DNA from: Laetmonice hystrix
Taxonomy: Eukaryota
Assembly (NCBI GenBank): GCA_965235115.1
Contig: OZ249441.1
Coordinates: 16,182,001 to 16,246,000 of the forward strand
Length of the DNA stretch: 64,000 bases
Direction of reading: 5' to 3'
Shown here: in pieces, positions 1 to 13,800 of the stretch
Layout: each line of letters opens with the position of its first letter
Position numbering within the stretch: position 1 is the first letter of the stretch
Position numbers and translations under genes: made by a program
The notes under the pieces: model-generated
Told to the model about the DNA's origin: nothing
The model's database searches: none
The model's input: the letters and a program-made list of their open reading frames with translations, nothing else

Positions 1-2299
1 GGCCTACATGTAGTATGGCGATTGTTTTTAGTTTTTAGTCTCAGTCAGATGCAGATGTCATTCCACACGGTATTATATCCCATCTCTTTACGCCCTTTAA
101 AATCATTCCTTCTATATTGTTGTTGACCTTTTTTCGGATTTATTTCAGATGTCCATTTTAAGTAACTGTGATTATTTCAAGGAGTCATAAATAAAATACA
201 TTTGCTCTGACGATACTTAGACAAAATATTCAATTATTACTGAGCTAAAATGCATCTGATTTTTTTTTTATCCGAGGGAACGTTAACTTCTGTAAATGCC
301 TCTCGATGTGTTAAAACACAAGAACGCGTTCTCTAACTTCTTCATCTTCATTAAACCGATAAAAGTTAACCATTCTACTTGAGAAGAGAAGACTCTTCAG
401 ACAGCGCTCATTAATCAAATTATCCTCACATCATTGCTGTGATTATGCATCATCGTATATGCTTCCGTGGACATTATGGTTGCATTATTCAATATACCTC
501 CTTGGATTGAAAAACAGGTCAGCTTCTTTCCATCGATTTCCTGCCTGTGTGCATTTAAGCAGTTTGCCATGACATAGAGATGTACTGCGACATTTCCCCC
601 TGTAGGTGTCGCCGTTGGGTGATGGAAGGTGGCGCATAACGTGACAGGGACTGGTGGCTGGCGAGTGGGCGGCTTTCTCCCAGATTGCGTGTCGTTGGTG
701 GAATCAAACATGGTGTGTGATGGGGGTCCGGCACCGGGTGCTACTGTTGCGTGAAGTCTATGGTCCCTGCCACAACGCCAACAACAATACGACATGCATG
801 CATCGATGGCTGCTAGCAAGGCCGCCGTTCTTCTGAGGTTTCATGTCTGAGAAGTCAAGGGTCGACACATTTAGCAGGATTTGTTCCCCGTGGCTATGCT
901 GACATCACAGCTGATGCAGACACTGGAAGACCAAATGACATTTCCCGCGCAATGCCCTCAGAATACGAGTAGCTGAGACACCCAAAAAACACGAGCAGTC
1001 AATAGGGCTGGGTCAGTGGCGATCGCTACCAGTTCAGACCGCCACTTCAACGTGCTCATTCAGCCTCTGTCACTTCCCTTGTACAGTCATGAGCAGACCT
1101 GCTTGAGTTGTGACTCGACCACTGGAACCTCCTCGCTGAAACCATCCTCCCCTCCTCCTTACTACCATTGCAGTCAGTTCAGTAATACCTTTATTGTCTC
1201 TTATAGGCCTACAAGTCTTATTTCCACAGTTCCCCAGTGTCTGGACTGGATTATCGACTCTCTGGTATGTATCCAGCAGACTCAGTATTAACCCTACCCA
1301 CCACTATAACTAGATGGGGGTGGGGTGGGGGTATGGTTACGTGTTACCATCTCTGACAGTCCTGCGGTCGTAATCTGTGCCCGTACGAAACTAGCAGTTC
1401 AAGTACCCTCCGGTATTTTCTGCTGAATAACACCCCCAGACAGTTTAATGACTGCTAGGTGTGAACTAATGAAGAATTATGACCAGGACCGTATTTCAGT
1501 GTGTCATAGATGACCTCTACAGCCAAATACTACAGTGTACCCTCGTACAACATCCTACAGATACGTCCACCGGTTTGGGGATTTGGTATTAATGTATTAT
1601 GACCTGTGCAGTTGGCTTTCTGATTGTGCGGATTTGGCGACTTGGTACTTTGTGTGATTGGTTTTCACACGAGAATCACAGATTGGTGGAACATACTCCC
1701 ACTGCCTGTTCCCTCCTAACTCACACATCAACGTTTGCGAGGAGACGCGCAATTTCCGAGGCTATTTAACTCCTTGTCTTTTGAAGCATGAGCAAGGGCA
1801 CAGACCATGCAATTGTAAACAACCCTGCTAAATGGCTACACGCTGAGTGCAAGACTTTACCACAGAACTAACAGGCACAAGTACTGGAAACCAAAATAAC
1901 TGCATTCAGTGGCTGGTGTTCAGGCTAGGTGCTGGGTGCTGTGTTCAGGGATGGGGTACTTCTGGACCTCCGTCCCACGGCCGATGACCTGTCCAGCGGG
2001 GTCAAGAAGGTCAATCTAATTATCTGTACTGGACACAGACCGCCTGAAGGCAGGTTCCACTGGGGCGGGTCTGTGGAGCTCCCAATACAAGCTCCCACAC
2101 CGATCCTCATCCGTCCACTCCCAATATACTAGCGTTTCTCATTTCTCCTTTCTTCAAGACAGGCTTCCATTCCCTCCACTATCTATCCCGGGGCCATCAA
2201 TAGAAGTGCCTTCCTTATACACGTCTCCGTCATGGAGATCAATCCTTTCTGGCCTTAAACTCGGCCTGGTTCTCAATGCAGCACAAGATGGCAGTATCT

Positions 2300-3610
2300 G
2301 TTGTACTAGTAGGAAGAGTAGGAAGTGTTCTCGGGTTTGCACGCCCTCCTACTGTCCTACGTCTAAGTCATGTTGTGGATGTCACAGTGACTTTCTATAG
2401 GCTACGGCCAGTGTGTATCACAGTGTATCCTCCATCCTGACGTCTATGTTCTGGATGTCACAGTGACTTTCTATACGGCCAGTGTGTATCACAGTGTATC
2501 CTCCATCCTGATGTTGTACTAGGAAGTGTTCTGGGGTTTGCATGCCCTCCTACTATCCTACGTCTAAGTCATGTTCTGGATGTCACAGTGACTTTCTATA
2601 CGGCCAGTGTGTATCACAGTGTATCCTCCATCCTGATGTTGTACTAGTAAGTGTTCTCGGGTTTGCATGCCCTCCTACTGTCCTACGTCTAAGTCATGTT
2701 GTGGATGTCACAGTGACTTTCTATACGGCCAGTGTGTATCACAGTGTATCCTCCATCCTGATGTTGTACTAGTAAGTGTTCTCGGGTTTGTATACCCTCC
2801 TACTGTCCTACGTCTAAGTCATGTTGTGGATGTCACAGTGACTTTCTATACGGCCAGTGTGTATCACAGTGTATCCTCCATCCTGATGTTGTACTAGTAA
2901 GTGTTCTCGGGTTTGTATACCCTCCTACTGTCCTACGTCTAAGTCATGTTGTGGATGTCACAGTGACTTTCTATACGGCCAGTGTGTATCACAGTGTATC
3001 CTCCATCCTGATGTTGTACTAGGAAGTGTTCTCGGGTTTGTATACCCTCCTACTGTCCTACGTCTAAGTCATGTTGTGGATGTCACAGTGACTTTCTATA
3101 CGGCCAGTGTGTATCACAGTGTATCCTCCATCCTGATGTTGTACTAGGAAGTGTTCTCGGGTTTGTATACCCTCCTACTGTCCTACGTCTAAGTCATGTT
3201 GTGGATGTCACAGTGACTTTCTATACGGCCAGTGTGTATCACAGTGTATCCTCCATCCTGATGTTGTACTAGGAAGTGTTCTCGGGTTGTATGCCCTCCT
3301 ACTGTCCTACGTCTAAGTCATGTTCTGGATGTCACAGTGACTTTCTGTCCGGCCAGTGTGTATCACAGTGTATCCTCCATCCTGACGTCTATGTTCTGGA
3401 TGTCACAGTGACTTTCTATACGACCAGTGTGTATCACAGTGTATCCTCCATCCTGACGTCTAAGTCATGTTCTGGATGTCACAGTGACTTTCTATACGGC
3501 CAGTGTGTATCACAGTGTATCCTCCATCCTGACGTCTAAGTCATGTTCTGGATGTCACAGTGACTTTCTATACGGCCAGTGTGTATCACAGTGTATCCTC
3601 CATCCTGACG
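2300..3610. repeat. Tandem minisatellite, 125-bp unit with 76-bp truncated units at the ends
   Basis: Unit gtgttctcgggtttg(c/t)at(g/a)ccctcctactgtcctacgtctaagtcatgttgtggatgtcacagtgactttctatacggccagtgtgtatcacagtgtatcctccatcctgatgttgtactag; identical ORF starts at 2542 and 2667 confirm the 125-bp period. Confidence 0.95.
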
Positions 3611-4038
3611 TATAGCCAGAGTATAGAGTATAGAGCCAGGAAGTACCTGACATAGTATATTCTAATATATTAAACGGCGGATTGCTTTTCTCAGGCAGCA
3701 CTGTGTGCCGGTGGAGGCAATTGCTTTTTATCAAGAACACAAAAACATAAGCAAAGGAATCTCGACTTATAGAAGAACCGACCAAAAAAACTGTCTCCGG
3801 GATACAGTACTCAATCATAGTTGTGGGAGAGAAAAAAACAGGAAATCAGAGCGAAGAGTGTTCTGCTACAGCAGCAAAAACCTCACAATTGCTTGTGGTG
3901 ATCATATTGCTGTGTAATTAATTAATCTAAGTTGGATGTAAAAAAATATCAAAGCTTAATGTTCTAGGATTTGGCCCCTGACCATATTTGCCTGCAGGTC
4001 AGCCATCCCAGAAGGTCGCCGTTGATAGGTTGCTACCT

Positions 4039-4102
4039 GACCCACTGTTCGTGATACGAAACAATGCAGCGACCCACTGTTCGTGATACGAAACAATGCA
4101 GC
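4039..4102. repeat. Perfect 32-bp direct tandem duplication
   Basis: gacccactgttcgtgatacgaaacaatgcagc occurs twice in tandem. Confidence 0.9.
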
Positions 4103-6710
4103 CGAACAGCCAGGATAAATTTGTGAGGGCTTCAAGTAAGGTGCGGTAGAAATGTCTTCATTCATGCCAAACGACAAAAAAGTTAATCTAATATAACAAA
4201 TTCTCCAGGTCTGACGGAGGGGCGTGTTTCCTCTGCTACCATGTGAATCTACCTCGATATAGTCTGATATTTCTGTTATCTTATATAATACTTGAGACAT
4301 ACTCGTCTCTTCTTGTACTAAAACAAACATCAAATCAACACGCCTCATCCAAGTTAGCCTACATTAAATAACCCACCAAAAGATCAACATTATTATATTT
4401 TTGTCCCCTGTAGCTAGCCACAGTTAATAAAACTCCCATTCACCCAAAGATATATCATCTTACCAAGTATCCCTGTAAATATCCCTGTCAAATTAACGTT
4501 ATTCACTTAACATTTAAAGAGACCCTATAATCGAGCACTTATTACCACAGCTTGCTGAGTTCAGAAGGTTACAGAGGTTTTTTTAAAACAAGTTCATATA
4601 ATAGGTACTTAATTACAACGGCAAACATAAAACATTAAATGAAAAGTGGCAATATCGGTGTGTTTTCACTTAAGCCCAACAACACACACGGAATTGCTCT
4701 TTTCCAGCCCCAGAACACATTGAATGATCTAATAATACGACAGGCAGATCTTTAGATCAATCTATTAATCTTTCATTTTATTCTCACACGGTGAGCCTAG
4801 ATAAGCCCTTAGCATACATCCATTTTCTGTGGGGAGTATGTTCCCGAATTACAAACCGAGGATATCTTTCTGTGCGTTATGTTACTGACCTATTATATAC
4901 TCGATAGCTAACACGTCACATAGAATCTTTAGTAGACCACCCAACGTGTGCTTCTATCTTTTCTAGATGAGACCGTACTGACATCAACAACTGCCGTGTC
5001 AGTCTTCACGTTGGTTTCCTCAGTTTCAGAATGGCGTCGTCAAAACTCAAAGCATCTCTCTTAAAAACTACGTGGCATACTGAGTTCGATTGCGAGTAGT
5101 GCTGGTTGCCTTTCTAGATCTGCTTTTATAAATTAAGTCAATAAATATAACAACATATTATATCCCTGAGCTAAAGGATGTATCCGAATGAATGATACGT
5201 TTTGAGATCGTAGCGTTGGGCTAACTCTAGAAACATGTGACATGAGTTGAGATCTACATGAATTACATGTAGATCAATGGTTCTTGTTATGATAATTGCT
5301 CGAACTGCACGCGATCTGCCTTAATTTTAATGATTCTCTTTTCCTCTTGGCAATAAAAAAAATGTGAAAGACAGATATCCAGGATATACGATTTCTGACT
5401 CAGTACCGCTGATTTAGCTCATCTCCCATACTAACAAGTAAAAACATGGTTGAGAAAAATAACGATGTAGGGATCTTGTTAAAACTCTGGTTAACGAATG
5501 GGCAGGTTTTGGTACAAGCCTTGCCATACATTCGTGCCTCTGTCGTGGGGTACAAGATTCTCCCAAGAATGAAGGTACTGGCACACGGTGTCGTTTGGCT
5601 CTGACCTACTCACAATTTTGTGGACCTTGATTGGGGTAGAGGTAGGCAATTAAACAAGTCCTCAAACAGAAATCCTCAGGGGACGAGACCGGGGGACTCA
5701 TACCGATAGATGGCGTAAGTAGTGCTACGGTCTCGCTTCTGATTGGTTGGTTCCCTGACGCGGACTGTGAGTGATACTAACAAACACACACACACACCTG
5801 TCTCAAAAAACACATATTTAAATGATCGAACACCCCATAGCCTTCAAGCAGATCGAGTTTCCAATGTTATGCGCTACGTTTAATTCCACCAGATAATTAT
5901 TTACCTTTGCGATTTTTCCTCTTTCGTTTTGAATGCTTTACCATCAGGAATCCTGCTGGTGGACTGGTGGTGCTCCCTGGCGGCCAGGATGTCAGCTCGG
6001 AACCCTGTTAATGTTTTTTTTACGCACAAACATGGCGAGCTCTCCCTCTAACAAGATACACGACGGGACTATCGGACAGACACTGAAGCCATTCCCCGGA
6101 GCGATAATCTATCTACCACAGGTGCCTCAGTAATGTAATCTATTAACCAAATTATCCTGATAAATACACAAACAGCGTGAAACCATTGAGCCGATAGATA
6201 TAGCACCTCGCCCTTCTAACATAGTCCAACGACCGTCTGAGGAATCACTACGCCCTGGACTCCTATCCGTATCACGACGTCGAAATGGCACAAAAACGTG
6301 CAATATTAAAACCAAAGTCTTCCCTCTAAATAACATTTATTACGGAATATACATAATTTTGTCATAAGATAAAGCTGAGCAGAATGTGAGTAAGTTTTTC
6401 CGTGGCTGGCTCCAGCAGAGTGTGGTGAACACATGACGTCACGGTTCACAGAGTGTGTAAAACAAGCCGACAATGGCCAACCAATGAGACAGTACAACCA
6501 CTCGTCTCAGATCCTTGCCGTGTCATTCGGCAATGGAGACAGGAGCCGGCCCATTGACCGTGAAATGGGTGGACATCAAGTTGTCAGGAGACATTTGTCT
6601 GGCGACTGACATAAAAATACGAACCACAACCCCGTCAACTCAACCACCTCCAAACCGAATTCACCGCATGCCATCCCATCTGACGACATTCATACGCAAC
6701 TTCTTAAGGG

Positions 6711-7000
6711 TCACGCAAACCCGAGTTTTCTGACCTTGTCACTTATTCCATCTTCTGGAAAAATCAGCAGCAATGCCAGAAATGTGCTTGCGTGAAGGCC
6801 ATTAAAGAAGCTCATTGAATGAGATAGAGTTGGATGCCGTGTGACAGGCATACCATGGAGAGCCAGCCTCTCAAAGTGACTGGTAAACAGAGCCATGTTA
6901 CTGATAACCTCCGCTGGTGGCAGCACCGGTAGTGGCGGCAGCTGGTGGCATTGATAGGCAAGGGGCCCTGCGATAAACAGGACCGGTGGCCACTGAGTGA
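6711..7000 (-). mobile_element. Possible degraded DIRS/Ngaro-type tyrosine recombinase fragment
   Basis: The ORF reads LFIAGPLAYQ...VISNM...TSHFERLALHG-MPVTRHPTL...LHASTFLALLL, which by eye follows the motif order of DIRS YRs (LFIAHL, AISxxH, DPTSHF.V..LL.G, LPIT..IL, AAFLLAF). Resemblance was judged by eye only. Confidence 0.4.
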
Positions 7001-8242
7001 AGCACGACCTGTCATTCCATGACATTCAAAGGACATACTTCAAAAAACTTCCGGTGGACTGATAATATACACAAAGATGTGGTCCGAGTTAATCAACAAA
7101 TAATATATAATTAATGTGATGTAGAAATCAAAATACATCTAACAAAGTTATTGATTTTTTTTAATATCGACATCTTCTCAACGGTTCTGTTTAAGTTCTC
7201 GTTCAAGAAACAGGATTGATTAAACAATCATTATAGTACTTTGCTTTTTAAAACAATGATGAATTCCCTTGTTCTTTACCGCGTAGTGAACAAACAGAAA
7301 GGAAACCTTACACAAAGTTCCCGGCTGGATCATCATCTAAATACAGGACGGAGAAATCCACTGCCAATTATTGACATCTTACGTTGATCTAAACGTCAGC
7401 CATCCTCAGTAGTACTTTAATAAAAAGACACAACCTACGATTTGGCTGCAATTGTTTCATGCTCACGAATACTGCCCTTGCTGAAACGTCCCCAGGTGGG
7501 ACGGCAGTACATCCTTGACTTGGCGCCAACCCGGTAAAGGTACAGTCTCGGGACAGCCGGTTCCTATTCTGGTATACGGGCCGGGCAACTGCCAGATTGG
7601 TGAGTGCGATCTATGTCAGCAACAATTTGGCCTTTCAAGTGGCTGACCATCACCGATTATACCGAAATGCAGCACGTGGATATGCTATGTTCACAACTGA
7701 AGCAACTCGAAGGGCCTTACACGTTTACCTATTCGGTCCGAGGAACCTTCATCAGGGTTCCGCATACTGGGAAATAACACAGACTAGCAAATGGTGCTTA
7801 TAAAAGGAAAGTTCGCGAGCATGCAAGTTCAAAACACTCCACTAATGTGCTGTAGTGCGGTACTACAAATCGTATCAACTGACAAGGGAAGTATGTAATG
7901 TAACATACCGGTAATTTCACGCAAGTTTTTATTGATAGAAAACAAATCTATGGACTGGCAGCAGCGTTTCGGTTTCTTAAAAAGAAGCAAAGATTTCTCT
8001 CCCCCCCTTTTCCTTGCCTGGTGCATGCACCAATCCGGTCGAAGCCACTGCACCAAAACAGACAACCCAACGAGCCGAGTCTACTATTAGATTGCAGGCA
8101 ACCAGTAAGCCATTAATACCGACTAGCTGGCTGTTAACTACTTTACCTATGAACTCGCCTGAACACTTTTAATCTATGCGACTTGATATTTTCATCAGTT
8201 ATGGCTTCAGGAGAAACGACCCCTTTCCTCTCCGCCGAGCTA

Positions 8243-8634
8243 TCTTTACCTAGATATAGGTCCCTAATGCCTGTTCAGCCTCCCATATTATGGCCGTCTT
8301 GGCCAACCAGTGGCTGGAGGTCTTTACCTAGATATAGGTCCCTAATGCCTGTTCAGCCTCTCATATTATGGCCGTCTTGGCCAACCAGTGGCTGGAGGTC
8401 TTTACCTAGATATAGGTCCCTAATGCCTGTTCAGCCTCCCATATTATGGCCGTCTTGGCCAACCAGTGGCTGGAGGTCTTTACCTAGATATAGGTCCCTA
8501 ATGCCTGTTCAGCCTCCCATATTATGGCCGTCTTGGCCAACCAGTGGCTGGAGGTCTTTACCTAGATATAGGTCCCCAAATGCCTGTTCAACCTCCCATA
8601 TTATGGCCGTCTTGGCCAACCAGTGGCTGGAGGT
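8243..8634. repeat. Tandem minisatellite, 78-bp unit, about 5 copies
   Basis: Unit tctttacctagatataggtccctaatgcctgttcagcctcccatattatggccgtcttggccaaccagtggctggagg. Confidence 0.95.
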
Positions 8635-9015
8635 TATCCCAGGCTATCTTACCGGGGTTATCCACTTTCAGGTGACGGGGGCATTGTGTCTTGGGTTGAG
8701 TCATTAAATGACAAATATGACAAGAAAAACATACATCTGAACAGTACCCCCCATACTCCTTAATGAAGTCAGTTACGTGCAGGGAAGCCCTGGTAGACTT
8801 ATGAACCGAACCTTTCATTACATTAGCTGGCGCTGACCTGGTGACCTGGTCCCGTCTAAAAATGACACTGAATGATGCCAAGACACAGGTCGGACAACTT
8901 ATGATATTTCATTGTTAATGCCTCATTATTATTCCTCCGTGTCTTTACGGGCGGAGTTTAGATCCAATTAAGGTCGGTCGATGTTTTGAGGATGAAGGAG
9001 TGTAGGCCTACTCAC

Positions 9016-9223
9016 TGTTCGCCTCCTGAATATAGGTCAAGGTCGAGGAAATTGAAGCGGATCCTCTGGCCTGCTTGACCTTGGAGCTTATAGAAGCAGA
9101 AGATGTTGTCCGGGTACATGCCGGGGTAGGTGGGTGACAGCAGTATTCCCCGCGGGCGCTGCTCGCTCTTCACAGTCTGCCCACACAGGTTGGGCGGCGC
9201 TGGCGTGCCCACCATGTACACCG
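9016..9223 (-). CDS. Internal coding exon of the same multi-CUB protein (linker plus N-terminal half of the next CUB domain)
   Basis: Translates as VYMVGTPAPPNLCGQTVKSEQRPRGILLSPTYPGMYPDNIFCFYKLQGQAGQRIRFNFLDLDLYSGGE, with the CUB hallmarks C...G.L.SP.YP..YP....C.Y......RI...F.D.DL. Acceptor gttacag and donor gtgagt; 208 nt, phase 1 in and phase 2 out. The T left by the upstream exon plus CG gives Ser and continuous in-frame FIDA-S-VYMVGTP. Confidence 0.9.
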
Positions 9224-10869
9224 CTGTAACATAACGCAAACAAGTCAAGATTATCACTCAATATTATATCACGTTTCCTGTTATACGAACTCTAACGTTG
9301 TCAAATTTCTAATGTGCAACGCAAGGCCCCCGCTCTTCTTATGCTAGCGCTCCATGACTAAACAGAGCAGTTTCTAAGGACAACTGATACGATATGAAAT
9401 ATGTATTTAACATTGTAGCTTGCTAAAAATGCGTTGATTGAACCCAGACTCTAGTCGTGTGAACAGTTACACAAAGACAAGCAATTAATTTTCCAGGATG
9501 AAGTTAAAGGTGAAATGGTTAACAATCACGCTTTCTTTCTCGAGGGGGGGGGGGGGGTTCTACCAAACACTGCTGACTGAAAAATAAGATCCTTTTTGCC
9601 GCAGACGCCTTTCACACGATCCGACGCTACGAGGTGCTCTTTGCTGTGCTGCGTTTCTTAGCCCTGCCATTAGCAGTGTTAAGATTTCTTGTTGGGTTAT
9701 TGTTTCAGACAAGCCTTTTGATTGTCCGTGTCCACAAAGGCACGATGCTAATGCAATGAGTCTGTGACATGCCAAACCAAGGCATCGAAACGCACAGCGG
9801 TTGTGTCAGAGAGGGCGGCTGCTACAGCTGCGCGTGTTGGGAGGACGACGGATGGCCTCTGATGATCGCAATCCACTGCCTCCCAAAGTCACTTCTACTG
9901 AGCCCTAAGAAATACCAACTTGACTAAACATGAATCAAAGCCCATGCTTACGTTGTAGTTACCAAAGGAAAAAAACCTTTTGTGTTTGTTAATCCTCGGT
10001 GAAAAGAGTCATCACAATCAATTTGTTACTTCATAGCCAGCTAGAGCTCTTCAAAGAAGGCAGCCTTTCTTGAGATCTGAGGCTCCTGCTTTCCCAATTC
10101 CAAGCTGATGCATGAAGAGACCGAACTTCCATTGATTGTTTGTGGTTGAAAGACCCACGCTGATCAATTTCTCATGATAATGCGCGTCCTGGCAATTTTT
10201 TATTCTGAAAATGGAAAGCTCCATAATCACTTTAGTATCTAGTGTTCTGCTGCATGACGTTATTTGAGACTTGATTTCATCTTCCAGTTTATCTAGTGAA
10301 TTTGTTACGAACTGGGTAAAGTTGGCGTCGAATGATTTCCTCCATTCCCTGTCTGGGTATCTTGATACTGTTCTATATCTGTCTCCGACTGCTTTGTGGT
10401 AGGATAAGTCTACCGAATAGACGTCTTCGACTTCTGGTCTGTGTCAGAGCTGATATGGAATTGTTCTTTGTTCATCGTACTTGATATTCCTTCAAGCTAC
10501 CGCTACCGTTGAGCACTTTAAAGACATTCCCAATGAATTCAATAATCTAAAACGGCTTCTGACAAAACAAACCTTGTATCGGCATCATGATAAAACAGTG
10601 GGATGGACAGAAAAGAAATCCGAAGGCCTGTAACTCTGGCACGGAAATTATTCTCCCCTCAAGGATACTTATAACCTGATTAAACATGTCTCCTCTGGGA
10701 GGTCAGACTGGCAATCGGGGTAGAATTAATGATGAAAAATATGTAGGATTATGTCAAGTGTCTTGATGCGATCCGGGGGTGGTATGCAGCGATAGCCACC
10801 CACCGCCGCTAGGGGAGGATGGTCCGGAGGCTGTGGGGCGTCATCACGTCAGACGGCCGGAGGGAGGCA

Positions 10870-10882
10870 CGCCACCTGGCGG
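10870..10882 (-). promoter_or_regulatory. CTCF-core-like motif within a GC-rich intronic island (about 10770-10960)
   Basis: The reverse complement CCGCCAGGTGGCG matches the CTCF core CC(A/G)C(C/T)AG(A/G)(G/T)GGC(A/G). Motif match only. Confidence 0.3.
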
Positions 10883-13800
10883 GCTAATCCGACACTAGCC
10901 GGTGTAATCAACACGCCAGCGGGACCACACGTCAAACCTGTCCGTAACCCGCATTCCACACCAATTGTTTATAGCGGTACTCATGGGGGGAAAAACGGGA
11001 AAAGATCCTCCCAAATTACATTCACTTCTGATGTAGTTTTTTTCTGTTTATCATGGGCTGTTGCCCCTTCAGATGTTGAATGTGTTTCCGACATCCAGGC
11101 TGCTGAGAAACTTTCTGCTCTAGACACATTTGACTTGATGCCGCACATACCGCATCAACAGTTACTATTAGAACCTGTACGCCATTTTCAATTTGGTACC
11201 CTGCTACATAATAAATAAAATGCTGTTGACATTGTATATCGAACAGAAACAGGAGCTGCCTGTAAATATTTAACATCAACCTGGTCGGCAGCCATTCATA
11301 GTACGACCGAGGTGCCACCTGGTTAGAGCCATGTAGCCAACACTGCTCTATCTCAGCTATGTATTGTGCCAAATTTCACATCAGAAAATACAACTGTTAT
11401 TGTGTTTTGTCTAGGACTACTGATCTCTGCTACAACAAACGAACGACCTGCTATGTTAAGGTTACCTCTATCCTACGTAATGCAACTAGATCGGTTCAGG
11501 TGTAGCTTACGATGAATTTCAAAAAAAAGGGGGGGTTAGAACAAACATCCTTCCTTTTTTAACGCAGACAGGCAGGATTTTTCTGTAAATGCGATAGCTA
11601 TTCCCTGGATGAACATTTCCTGAGATATTAGAAACAGACAGAGGCAGATGTTGGGAGATAGTTGTGGATTGTATCACAAGCCTGTCGTAACGGCGTGAGG
11701 TCAGCCATGCTATAGAAGATCGCCAAGGCGAGCCTTTCGTCTGTGACAGACTCTATTTCCCCTATCAGTGCACAACCTACAGAACAAATTCTTAATCTAT
11801 CTGTGGCTTTCTGCAGAAGGCACGTATGGGGAAAGAGGTGCCTGAATTGAGTTAAATTAACCGAAGATTCGTAGATGCATGCCTTGAAAGAAACGGTATC
11901 TGGCAATGATTTGCCTGTGCTCTACTTCCCTTGCTGATAACTACTGATGTGTGTTGAGACAGTGTAGTATGTTTTTCTTCCTTGGCCATTTCTCCATACA
12001 TCATTCATGTATTCATGGGAATTCAGGGGCATGCTTGTAACGGGAGCATAAACCGAACACATCAGATATATTGTTTAACTCTTTTGACATTATTTCCCCT
12101 AAGTCAGCTCGGGCGTTGGAATATAACAGAAAATCTAATTTCAATTTTTAAAATTTTGCATTATAATTGCGACACTAATCGTGATGAATAACGATTCAGG
12201 TTTAATAGCACCTTGAGTATTTTAACGTTACCTAGTTGAATTAGAAACAAAAGTTTATAACAATACTGTATAGGCTGGTGAAATGTACCGACTGTAAAAA
12301 ACAAAAGTCGAGTTATATTCACGCTTATGTTCAAGTGGTGATAGGGGGCAACAGTCTCTAATGACAGTTGAGTAACTTTATGCCATCTACGACTCTGGAG
12401 CCACATTTAAACACTTATTATTTTAATTGTAATTCAACCCTACAAAGAAATCGTGACCCCCTTTGAGAGGCACCAAAAGATGAATGCAGAGTCCCTGCGT
12501 GTTAAAATTACAGAAATCCTATCGACCATCGGCCATGTGAGAATGCTGATGCAAAATAGGTTATAAAAGTAATGAGAAATAAAAATGGGCGGGCTAGCGG
12601 TGATTATTATGTGACAGTATTAAAGCTATGGGTTCATGATCGTGAAAAAAACTTCAACTTTATCGTTTATCTATCTGTACGCCCACAACAACTGATATTT
12701 CTAATACTTCTAGTTTCTAGCTTCTGCTTTGACCAGGTGAAAACAGCTAATGTAATTGGCATTCAGAATCCTAACATATTGATCTCAACTCAGTCTTATC
12801 TACCGACCTTTGACCTCTGAAGGGTTCCCTCCCTAGATGGTAGTTCAAACATAAATTACCAGCAGCATTAGGATGATAACCACGACTTGCCATTTGCACT
12901 CCCATGTCGTATCACTCACTAATTGACATGCACTACAGGCACGGTCATCCCCCTGTTGTGGGGACGGCGGGCGCCCGGCGTCAGAACCGACATGACATCA
13001 CCTCACCCGTGCTGGGTTCAGGGTCAGATGGATGTGTACCCGTATCTAATTAACATTGATAACGCCTCAATTATTAAAACCCCCGTCAATCACGGTGTAC
13101 ACGCCTCTTCCATATTCCTCTTCTTTCGGAAAATACCTATGTTCAAGAGGCGCGTATAAGTAAAAAATAGATATAATTATGAAATAGTTTTCATTCTGAA
13201 ACAAAGACATGCCAGAAGCAGCGAATCTGAGCCTTTGTGAAACTTAAAAACTAAGAGGTATATGAACTTTACTATAATGTTAATCACCCTGCTACTGATC
13301 CCCCCTGTCGTTGTAAACGGACGCCTGAAAGGGAAGATCGGGGTCGTTTTGTAACAGGAATGACCTGGCAATGGGGCGCACATGTAAATCTTATTGCTGA
13401 ACGACAGGACATCGTTGTTTAGAACCTTTTCTCCTGCTAGCAGTAAACCAGCGGGGCGAGATGACGCTCTTCAGATGCTGCAGGAGTTAGAAATCATGTG
13501 ACCTAGGTACCACGTTCTCATTGGTCACCAGTTATTTGTGATGATTTTTTTAAAAACAATAAAGACTGATATGCCAACCTTACAAAGGTCACAAAGGCAA
13601 ATGTCGGTCCGTGAGTGCGTGAATCAGTCGTCAACCAGTTCTAGTGTGTGTCAATATTTGGCTCTAGTTTTTTTTAGATAGTTTGGTTCTAAATCTAAGG
13701 TAAAACTGGTCTGATTTGACGGACAACCAACCATCACCTGAGTCAGGTTCTGGATATACCTGAAGGTTGTTGCCATAGTTCGATATGCTGTCTTGAACTT

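Noticed and set aside
3956-4348. ORF containing SDYIEV as the next CUB exon
   Set aside because: It lacks the preceding Cys and the downstream YCG/F-x-TD/GF motifs, and the nearby acceptor has the wrong phase (the required phase-2 frame hits a stop).
7496-7599. Plus-strand AG...GT-bounded open segment (WDGSTSLTWRQPGKGTVSGQPVPILVYGPGNCQI) as a nested-gene exon
   Set aside because: The pyrimidine tract is weak, no domain is recognisable and no partner exons were found; such segments are expected by chance.
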